Positions 9,777 to 18,900 of a DNA stretch of 64,000 nt are shown one piece after another. Position 1 is the stretch's first letter; the number at the start of each line of letters is the position of its first letter. The notes under the pieces were generated by a model that was not told the origin of the DNA, did not search any database, and was given only the letters and a program-made list of their open reading frames with translations. A program made the position numbers and the translations under genes. The stretch comes from an uncultured virus (IMG/VR IMGVR_UViG_3300025009_000095) (lineage: Duplodnaviria; Heunggongvirae; Uroviricota; Caudoviricetes): the IMG/VR virus record IMGVR_UViG_3300025009_000095; one strand, written 5' to 3'.

Positions 9777-10256
9777 ATGGCAGAAAGATTAAGTACAGGT
9801 TTTGCAGATGCACTGAACATTACCGGCAGTGTCAAGTCGATAATGACCAACTTCACCATCCACATTTTCTCAGGCACACAGCCTGTTAATGCGGATACCA
9901 CAGAAGGAGCTTCAACCTTGCTAATGAAGCTCACTGAGAGTAGCGGCGCATTTGTGTCGGGTTCTCCTGAATTTGGTTTGAATTTCCACACTGTCTCGAC
10001 AGCAGGCGTTCTTCCCAAGGCTACTGGAGAAACATGGTCAGGAGTAGGGCTTGCAGCAGCAGGGGCAGGTATTGTTGCAACATGGTTTAGGGCGTATGCC
10101 AATACTGTTGTAACAGGGGATAGCACAACCGCAGTACGTTTTGACGGAGCTATCGGAACATCTTCGACCTATGAGATGCAGATGAGCAATACTACCATTG
10201 TTCAAGATGTGGCCGCCGTAGTACAAACATTCAACTATACCACCACCAAGGCGTAA
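9777..10256 (+). CDS. Virion structural protein
   Basis: IHIFSGTQP...ATWFR...RFDGAIG pattern common in small tail proteins; precedes the large fibre gene. Confidence 0.5.
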   Translation: MAERLSTGFADALNITGSVKSIMTNFTIHIFSGTQPVNADTTEGASTLLMKLTESSGAFVSGSPEFGLNFHTVSTAGVLPKATGETWSGVGLAAAGAGIVATWFRAYANTVVTGDSTTAVRFDGAIGTSSTYEMQMSNTTIVQDVAAVVQTFNYTTTKA

Positions 10257-13200
10257 ATGGCTCTTTGGACCCCGGCAGAAATAACCACCAGCCTGTGGCT
10301 TGATGCTGACGATGCCAGCACGATTAGCATCGCCACAGGAGTTTCACAGTGGAGAGATAAGTCAGGCTTAGACAGACATGCTTCGCAGGCAACTACAACT
10401 AAGCAGCCAGCTTTGTCTGTAGCTGCACTGAATGGCAAAAATGTTATTACATTTGACGGAGCTTCCGATGCATTAGCTACGGTATCATTTGCCGCTCCTG
10501 TTGTTATGTCAGCGTTTGTGGTGATGAGTAGCGCCCAAATTACAGATGGGGTAATTTTTGAACACAGTGTTAATTACAATAATTATTATCACACAAACAT
10601 ATTCATGGTGCGCTCCGGCCCGGATGCTGGAGCCACCGTACACCACGGAAGCGGGACGAATCAATATGCGAGTACAAGGTTTTCCGGACGAGGAACGTCT
10701 CCGTGTGTCGAGGCAATGTTATATGACGGAGGATCGTCCACAGATTTATTTCAAAACGGCACCCAACTTGCAGAAACACAGGCATATACCGTAACCGGAT
10801 CTGGCACAAGCAGCAGTTACCCGTATTATATAGGTGCGAGAGGGGGCACGTCTCTTTATTATAATGGTGATATTGCAGAGATTATATTCATTTTCGGCGC
10901 TCCTTCAATTGAAGTCAGGCAAAAAATTGAAGGCTATCTCGCCTGGAAGTGGGGCCTTGAAGATAACCTCCCTGCCGAGCATCCATACAAGTCGGAAGCT
11001 CCAATTATCGCGCTAGAGTGTGACGGGGATGTAGAAGCGCCGATCCCTGTTATTGATTCAATTACTATTAACTACCAACCTGCACAGGTAGATGGTGATT
11101 TCCACGTACCACTTTCCTCTGTTTCTTCGTATGCTGCCTCAGCAAACCACACTATTACAGCGAGAAGCGTAGTAATAGATATCGCAGATAATTGGGGCGG
11201 CGACCAGGTAGGAATACGTTCAATTGATTTCTATCTTCTCGGAGAACTTGTAGTGCAGACTGATACAGGGGAAACGCTCGGAATAGCAACCTCTCAGTTA
11301 TCAACCAACTACAATGGCACAAAAGCGTTCCTCACTAATCTCGATAAAGTAGGTTACGCTTATGATAATTCTTGGTTGTCGTATTTAGGATATGGAACGA
11401 ATCAAAGACTCATTCTCTACAGGTACAACTCGCCGATTGTCTTTGATCAGATCGTCGTAAACAATTTTCATAACAATGGAGATGATACCAATAAAAGTGC
11501 TAAGAACATTGTAGTCACCACGACACTTGATCTGTACTCCACCACAACATACAACGCAATTGTAACGAACGGAGCGGTTATTTTTGAAGGGCAGTTGGGC
11601 CAGCACGTTGCTTCTAATGCAGAAGATTCTCAGACGATCTTCAATATTAGTTTCCAAGATATTGATATTAATGTTGATTTCGTTACAACTTGCGAAATAT
11701 CGGGAATCACCGAGAATGCAAACGCACCAGAGCCTTCTGATATAGATGTCTCTTTTGAGTCACCGCTTTCCGCAATCTCAGGCGTAACGCTCAACTCAGC
11801 ACCAGTCCCCTTTGTTTTTCTTGTTCAGTCAGAGCACCCTGATGGAGACAAGGATTTCTTTGATGTAGCGAAGAACCTGCCAGTTCACGCGACCGGAGAT
11901 GTTCGGCACGTCACTAATCCAATAGGCACTACCCCATATTTTGGGGATTCGTGCATCATGCTCACCTCGTTGTTTCATGGCCCTTCCGATGGGGTGCTGT
12001 ATACCGACGAGACAGTAGACTTCGCTTTTGGCACCGGAGATTTCACCATTGATTTCTGGTTTTACCAGATTTATCCGGCGACCAATGGCCAGTTCTTCTG
12101 GATGTCAGGTAGTCCGACTGGTCTCAATAAACCTGCCATTGCGCTTGAAAGGGTCAATATCGGGAATGATTTATGGATGACATTCAGCGGGATGTCGTCT
12201 GGGCCTGTCGGTTATCACGACCTGACTCCTGGGATGCTCTGGGATTCTTTCGCATGGTATCATCTCGCCTGGGATCGAAGAGATGGCGTGTCGCGCATTT
12301 GCCGAGGTGGTGCCGTACTGTATGAGGTTGTCGATACCACAGACTATGACGGCAGAATCCTCAATATTGGGAACAACAATTGCTTAATTGAAGAACTGCG
12401 AGTTTCAAGATATTCCCGTTGGGGTGGAACTTTTACCCCTGACACCGAGCCGTTCGTAGCGGAAGACACAACATCTGCCAGTTTCAAAACTTTACTACCG
12501 AATATTTCAGCAATAGTTTGGAATCATCCGCCACCCAAGACCTATGTTAATGGTCAGCCGTGGATCAATCAGTACAATTTCAACACGACAAATCCGACTA
12601 ATTTTGGCACGTTTGTTCAAGGGGAGGATTTTCCTGTCGCAATTTCACGTAGAATGTCTCTGGTTAATGATGAATTTGCATACATTATCGGTGGGACTAC
12701 CACTTATTACGCTGCACGAAACAGTGACGGAACTGTCGGAACCTGGATGACGACAACCGGCTTGACTGTGGCGCGAGTTGGGGGGCAACTGTTTGAGACA
12801 TATAAGCGAGTTTTTATTGCAGGAGGCTACGAGTACGGACAGCCGGTAAGAACAGTTCTTACTGCTCCTGTAAATTCTGACGGCAGCCTGGGAGAGTGGA
12901 CAAATACCTTTCCCATGACATCCACTCGTGCAGACTTTGCTTTATCTATCACCAGGAATAGGGTTTATGCCCTAGGTGGATTTGTTGACGGTGAGATTGG
13001 TGGGTTTGTCACCGATACTTATGAGTATGCCCCGATCAATTATGCCGGCACAATAGGCGCATGGGAGTTCGCTGGGAACATGCCGAATGCGCGGGACCGG
13101 TGCTTCAGCATCTGCACTGGGCCATTGCTGTATATTATCGGCGGCGGATTACTGGCCGACCCGTTGAATACCGATGTCGTTTATGTCAGCGATGAAGGCG

Positions 13201-14351
13201 TTATCATTGAACCGTGGACAACTGAGGAATGGTATGGTCGTCCTGCCTGCGCGTTTGTCTGTTCGGCTACCAGATTATTCATGCTCGGAGGAATAGCAGG
13301 AAATTTCAGCGTTGATGAGATTCATTCGAGAGATATCACGGCAGGCGTTATCAGTGACGGGACGGCAGACTTTAGGGGGTATCTACCAGATGAGGTTCAT
13401 AGTCCTACGGTTTTTCTTACTGATGAAAAAATATACATCATTGGTGGAATATCTACGGATATTGATGATAATTGGATTACTTTAACTACTACAGGCGTTG
13501 CTACTTTCTCTGGCATAGATGTTGATTTTGCACTCTATACCAGTGTTGAAGAAGAAACAGCAATTCCGATAGGCGGTAGTATTATCGCTCCGGCAGTAGA
13601 GATACAATCATATTTCGGTTACGGCAGTCTAGCCTTTGGTGATGTGAGTGTACCTGTACCAACTCTTGATGGTATTACTCGATACACTGAGTTTATTAAT
13701 GGTGATGTGATTGCTCCGTTGCCGGAAATTTACTCTATAACGCATTTCTGGCGATATATCGACACAGAGTTTGTTGCACCACTCCCGGAAGTCTACGGCT
13801 CAAGTGGAGCAATGATCAGTGGTGGAGTAGCTGCACCAGTTCCTGATATCAAGTCATATGTAGTACGTGTATATTTTATGACGGATTTTAGGACGCAACT
13901 TCCAGTTATTTCATTATCAGTGTCAAATCCGATCGCGATCAATGGAGATATTAAAGTAGTTCATCCACATTTTAATAGCACGTTTCAGACGATTTCGAAT
14001 TTTCATGCACCTGCTCCTAGCATTAATGCTGTTACAGATAATCCATATGCTATCATAGGAAATTATATAAGCAAGCCACCGATTGTTAATTCTTTATTTT
14101 CGAATCCAGAATTAATTACATGTTCATTTGCACCAAAGGTTACTAAGATAAATGGTACAGCATTTGAAGTACCATACATTATCACGAATATAAAAAGTAA
14201 AGTACCTAGTATTTCTTCTTATGTTGATGAAGGCCCAATTAGAATTTCTGGTAATTTTGTTCCTCAGCATCCTACAATTCATGGAGAGTTTGTTATGAGT
14301 GATGATTATGTTTTAATTAAGTATCGAGAGAACAGACTATGCAGACTATAA
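10257..14351 (+). CDS. Multidomain receptor-binding/tail protein (LamG-like x2, kelch repeats)
   Basis: LWLDADD...WRDKSG...IEGYLAWKWG; FGTGDFTIDFW...IEELRVS; repeated Y/F-I-I-GG kelch units; Pro-rich C-terminal repeats. Confidence 0.7.
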   Translation: MALWTPAEITTSLWLDADDASTISIATGVSQWRDKSGLDRHASQATTTKQPALSVAALNGKNVITFDGASDALATVSFAAPVVMSAFVVMSSAQITDGVIFEHSVNYNNYYHTNIFMVRSGPDAGATVHHGSGTNQYASTRFSGRGTSPCVEAMLYDGGSSTDLFQNGTQLAETQAYTVTGSGTSSSYPYYIGARGGTSLYYNGDIAEIIFIFGAPSIEVRQKIEGYLAWKWGLEDNLPAEHPYKSEAPIIALECDGDVEAPIPVIDSITINYQPAQVDGDFHVPLSSVSSYAASANHTITARSVVIDIADNWGGDQVGIRSIDFYLLGELVVQTDTGETLGIATSQLSTNYNGTKAFLTNLDKVGYAYDNSWLSYLGYGTNQRLILYRYNSPIVFDQIVVNNFHNNGDDTNKSAKNIVVTTTLDLYSTTTYNAIVTNGAVIFEGQLGQHVASNAEDSQTIFNISFQDIDINVDFVTTCEISGITENANAPEPSDIDVSFESPLSAISGVTLNSAPVPFVFLVQSEHPDGDKDFFDVAKNLPVHATGDVRHVTNPIGTTPYFGDSCIMLTSLFHGPSDGVLYTDETVDFAFGTGDFTIDFWFYQIYPATNGQFFWMSGSPTGLNKPAIALERVNIGNDLWMTFSGMSSGPVGYHDLTPGMLWDSFAWYHLAWDRRDGVSRICRGGAVLYEVVDTTDYDGRILNIGNNNCLIEELRVSRYSRWGGTFTPDTEPFVAEDTTSASFKTLLPNISAIVWNHPPPKTYVNGQPWINQYNFNTTNPTNFGTFVQGEDFPVAISRRMSLVNDEFAYIIGGTTTYYAARNSDGTVGTWMTTTGLTVARVGGQLFETYKRVFIAGGYEYGQPVRTVLTAPVNSDGSLGEWTNTFPMTSTRADFALSITRNRVYALGGFVDGEIGGFVTDTYEYAPINYAGTIGAWEFAGNMPNARDRCFSICTGPLLYIIGGGLLADPLNTDVVYVSDEGVIIEPWTTEEWYGRPACAFVCSATRLFMLGGIAGNFSVDEIHSRDITAGVISDGTADFRGYLPDEVHSPTVFLTDEKIYIIGGISTDIDDNWITLTTTGVATFSGIDVDFALYTSVEEETAIPIGGSIIAPAVEIQSYFGYGSLAFGDVSVPVPTLDGITRYTEFINGDVIAPLPEIYSITHFWRYIDTEFVAPLPEVYGSSGAMISGGVAAPVPDIKSYVVRVYFMTDFRTQLPVISLSVSNPIAINGDIKVVHPHFNSTFQTISNFHAPAPSINAVTDNPYAIIGNYISKPPIVNSLFSNPELITCSFAPKVTKINGTAFEVPYIITNIKSKVPSISSYVDEGPIRISGNFVPQHPTIHGEFVMSDDYVLIKYRENRLCRL

Positions 14352-14800
14352 GAACAAATCTTTCAAACAATGCTTCAACACAATATACAAACTTTAATCA
14401 TACTTCAATGTGCGTGTTTAATGGTATGATATTAGGAGCAGGTCCAGATGGATTATTTAACACCTGTTGTGGAATTGATGATAATGGCAGTGATATTGAT
14501 TCATATATTAAAACTGGCTCAAGTCTTTTAGAGTGGCCAGGTAAGAAGAAGAATAGGTTTATTTACTTAAATATAAAAACATCTGGCTCTGTTATAGTTA
14601 CACCAATAGTTGATGGAGTTGATGGTACTCCAATAGTTTTTAATCCGAGTGATACAGAAAATCATTATATGAAAATGTCTGTATCTAGAGATAGTCTTGG
14701 TTATTACTGGGCATATAAGATTGAAAATGTTGATGGATGTTCCTTTACCATAGATGAAGTCACAGTATTACCTGTTTATTTAAGTAAGAGAAAAGAATAA
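14339..14800 (+). CDS. Virion structural protein
   Basis: 153 aa, overlaps the fibre stop, beta-rich. Confidence 0.45.
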   Translation: MQTIRTNLSNNASTQYTNFNHTSMCVFNGMILGAGPDGLFNTCCGIDDNGSDIDSYIKTGSSLLEWPGKKKNRFIYLNIKTSGSVIVTPIVDGVDGTPIVFNPSDTENHYMKMSVSRDSLGYYWAYKIENVDGCSFTIDEVTVLPVYLSKRKE

Positions 14801-14821
14801 AAATTAACTTGTGGAGTTAAA

Positions 14822-15955
14822 ATGGCCCTTAATACAATTAATGAAGACGAGAAAAAGAAAAGATTTCTTTCTCCTACTACAGATGATGCATTTACAGGTG
14901 AGGTTTGGAATGTTCCTGCTCCTATAAAGAAGAAACAGGCATCAATGGATTATCCTGGTGATCCAAATAGTGAGTCATTTTATGGTGGAAGTAATCCACA
15001 AAGAGCTCTTGAAAAGTTAACAGGATCAACACCTTTAAGTGAACCAAAAATATCAAAACTATATGATGCTCCAGCAAGTTTAAATCTACCAAAAATCAAT
15101 GAAATTCCTAATGCACAAAGAGATTCAGAGTTAGGTAAAATGAATGTATCAACTGATGGAAATACAACTACTTATAACATTGGTAGAGATACTCTTTCAT
15201 ATAAACTAAGTGATAGAGATAAGCAACTTAAAACTAACTTGGAAAGAATAGATCAGATGGTTGCTTCTGGTGTTGAAGTAAGTCCAGAACAAATGACAAG
15301 AATTAATAATCTTCGTCGGCAGGCGGGATTTCTTCGTGGAGGAACAGATAGACAATTAAGCAATCCTACACAACAAAGCAATCTTGATGTAGAGTTTGAT
15401 TCTACAGTAATTCCTGAAGCAAGAGAAACATTCTTGAAGAATCCAGTTGCTCCGGTTGCTCAAATGGATAGATATGATAAGAGACAATTAGCACAGCCGG
15501 TTCAAGAAAATCCTGATCCTAAACCTGTTATGCCTACGAATAGAACAAACCAAGCAATGGCTAATTATAATCAGGCGATGGGTGAATGGAGCGGAAGGCA
15601 ACTTACTCGAGAAGGCCAGTCCTTGACTAAGGATGCAAATCGTATAGATGAATTAGGAGTTACAGCAGAAAATAAGTTACGTGATATTCAAGGTCAGGTA
15701 ATGCAAAATCCACCTGATAAAGAGAATCCATTAAAACCTATAGTAGTAAAAGAGTATGATGAGTTAGGTAATGTTATTGGTGAGAAGATTAAACTTCCTG
15801 GTCCTGATGGTACATATGGAACAGCAAATCAAGCACAAGGAATACAACTTTCTGATAATCATCCGGCGATTGAATTTTTACGGAAAAATCCAGCAACAGC
15901 AAATAAGTTTAAAGAAAGATATGGGTATTTACCTTCTTGGGCAGTAACTAAATAA
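14822..15955 (+). CDS. Putative internal virion/ejection protein
   Basis: Hydrophilic Q/N/P-rich protein immediately upstream of the giant ejection-like gene. Confidence 0.45.
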   Translation: MALNTINEDEKKKRFLSPTTDDAFTGEVWNVPAPIKKKQASMDYPGDPNSESFYGGSNPQRALEKLTGSTPLSEPKISKLYDAPASLNLPKINEIPNAQRDSELGKMNVSTDGNTTTYNIGRDTLSYKLSDRDKQLKTNLERIDQMVASGVEVSPEQMTRINNLRRQAGFLRGGTDRQLSNPTQQSNLDVEFDSTVIPEARETFLKNPVAPVAQMDRYDKRQLAQPVQENPDPKPVMPTNRTNQAMANYNQAMGEWSGRQLTREGQSLTKDANRIDELGVTAENKLRDIQGQVMQNPPDKENPLKPIVVKEYDELGNVIGEKIKLPGPDGTYGTANQAQGIQLSDNHPAIEFLRKNPATANKFKERYGYLPSWAVTK

Positions 15956-15967
15956 GGAATATTAAAT

Positions 15968-18900
15968 ATGAGTATAAATCCTTACGATCAATTTGATTCT
16001 ACTGAGGAAAATCCTTATAATCAATTTGATTCTGTTAATGCAGTAACTAAACCTGCACTTGCTACTGCGTCTGATGATTCTGATTTTGTTCCTGGAGTAA
16101 AAAGAGGTCTACAGAATCTTCAAGCATCTCTTTATGGTGCTGGTGCGCTTGCTGGAGCAGGGTTAAAAAATCTTGGTGCTGAATCTGTAGGGCAGTCCTT
16201 GCAAGATTTTGGCATGGAAGGATATAACAGAAACATCGAAGAGGCAAAACAATATCCTGCAAAGCATACTTTTAAAGATGTTTATACTGGTGAAGCAGGC
16301 ATCGGTGGTACTATTGATTGGGCACAAGGAACTCTTGGAGAACTTGTTCCAAGTATGGCTGAAGCAGCTGTCGGCGCGATAGCAGGTTCTGCTGTTGCTC
16401 CTGGTCCTGGTACTATTGCTGGTGGTCTTGCTGCCAGAACAGTAATCAAAAAAGGAATCGAGGAATCTGTCAAGCAAGCACTTAAACGTGGTGTAGGTAA
16501 TTTGACAGAAGATCAAGTAAGGAAACAACTTACTGGCCAAGCACTGAAGAAACTTGGTGGTAAAATTGGTATTGGTGCAGCTGTAATGCCGATGGAATCA
16601 GGCGGAATGTATGCTGACTTGTTGCAGAACAAGGGCATTGATGCTCCTGAGACTGCCCTACTGTTTGGTGCTCTGGCAACATCATTAGAGTTTGCTGGTG
16701 GTAACAGTAAGCTCGTAGATACTTTTGTTGATGCTTTAAGTAATGGGGCTACAGGAACTGTAAAGAAATCAGCAAAGGAACTTCTTACAAATATTCCGCA
16801 GGAAGCGCTTCAAGAAGGTGGTCAGGAACTTCTCAGTATTCTTAACACTGTAGCGAATACTGATGAGAAGCTTTTGACTGCTGATAATGTTGAGAGAATT
16901 ATTGAAAGCATGGCTGCTGGTGCTATAGGTGGTGGTGCTGGTGCGGTAGTTAATGCAGGATTTTCTAGTCAAGCAACAAAACCTGGAACTGAAAAAACTG
17001 ATCAAGAGCTTATGCTTGATAAGCGAGCAACAAATATTCTTACTCAAGAGAAAGATCAGATTGATCAAAGTATTCAAAAGTTATCTACTGATCTTAAGTC
17101 AAACCAGGAACTTCTTGGTGATCTTGATAAACTTGGAGCAAAAGCAAAAGAAGAAAATATTGAACCTACTGAATTATTCAGAAAACTTACTGATGATAAT
17201 AAGAATAATCAAGGTTTACTTGATAAAATTAATTCTGGAATAAAAGCGAAAGAAGACTTAGCTAAAAAAGAATATGAAAAACTTTCTCCTGAAGATAAAG
17301 CAGTAAAGGATTTTGAGAATAAGTTAATTGCTAAGCGCGAAACTGATGCTCAAAAAATCAAGACTGACCTTGAAGTACTTAGCAAAAGAGAAACAATCGC
17401 GCTTGATCAATATAAGAACGAACAAGACCCTGAAAAGAAAAAAGCAATTGCTGACAGAGTTTTTAATCTTCGTAAAGAAAAAAATACTCTTACTGATCGT
17501 CAGTTAGAAATAAAAGAAGTTAATCAAGCTAAAGAATTTGCTGATGCAAAGAAGGCTGATGAAATTCGTCAGGAAAGAGAAGCTTTCTATAATCAATCTT
17601 GGGCTGATATTGTTAATAAAGATGCAGTAGAATCAGGTAATGTTTTTCAAGAAGAATTAAGTTCAAAAAATATAGCTGATTATATAGATTATATAAACAA
17701 TGCTAAAGTAGAAGATCGTCAACAAGCTCTTAATCAATTAAAATCAAAAGTTGAGGCAGAAAAAGATAATCAAAAAATTACAGAGTATACTGATTATATA
17801 AAGAATAATTTATCTGATATAATTAAACAAGAAGAAGCTGCTAAGGCACAAGCAACTGGTGAGAAGTTTTATACTGATCTCTTTGCTCAAGAGAAACGTC
17901 CGTTTAATATTGATGCTTATAATGAAGTTACTAGTAAGTATGCTGAAGAATCTGCTGCTGCATTTGAAAAAGCTGGAATGGCGAAAGGCCAGACAAGTCC
18001 GTTCACAGATGAACAACAAGTTCCTTTAACCGACCAGCAACAAATCATTGTAGATAAAAACAATTTTCAAATTGCTAAATTAAATGAGCAATATAATTCA
18101 ACCATTGATCGTGATGAAAGAATAAATGTTCTGAATCAAATAGATGTACTTGAAAAAGATAATGCAAATATAAGAACCTCTATTGAACAATTCAATCCAA
18201 ATGAACAGCAAGTTAATGAGTTTCTAGAGTTTCAAGTTGCTGATAATCAAGAAAATAATACCTCACAAACTATTACAAAACAAGAAACATTATTAGGAAA
18301 TATTCTTACTCAAGTAAAAGAAGCAGAAGGACTCACTGGTCAACTAGCAAAATTCATAAGTGATTTTATACCTGATTCTAAACTTGACATCAAAGTCATA
18401 ATTGATCCATTAGCTCGAAGTGCAAGTTATGTCGGGGGACAAGTAAATACTATAACACTTCGTGATCCAGCACAACTGACTACTTCACTTCACGAGATTA
18501 CACATGCAGTAACTGTACGTGAAATGAAAGCGAATGAACAGATTCGTAATCAAGTAATCTTGTTGATGGATCGAGTTAAAGCTAAAGCAATTAAAGAAGC
18601 TCTTATAACTCCAGCACAACTTGAATTACTTGAATCACAGCAAACAAGCCGAGGATATAAAGAAAATCTTAATAATCAATTTAAATATGATAATGTTGCG
18701 TATGGCTTGCTGAATGAGAATGAATTCCTTGCTCAAGCAATGGGGAGTTTACAGTTTCAAGAACTGCTTAAAGCAACGACAATTGCAGACAAAGGAACTT
18801 TACGCAACGCATGGGATGTTTTTGTTGAGCTTGTTATGAAAGCATTAGGAATTAAAAGCACACATAAAAATGCTTTTGGTGAGTCATTAAACTTAATCGC

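Noticed and set aside
10257..14351. Diversity-generating retroelement target
   Set aside because: No reverse transcriptase and no TR/VR repeat pair noticed
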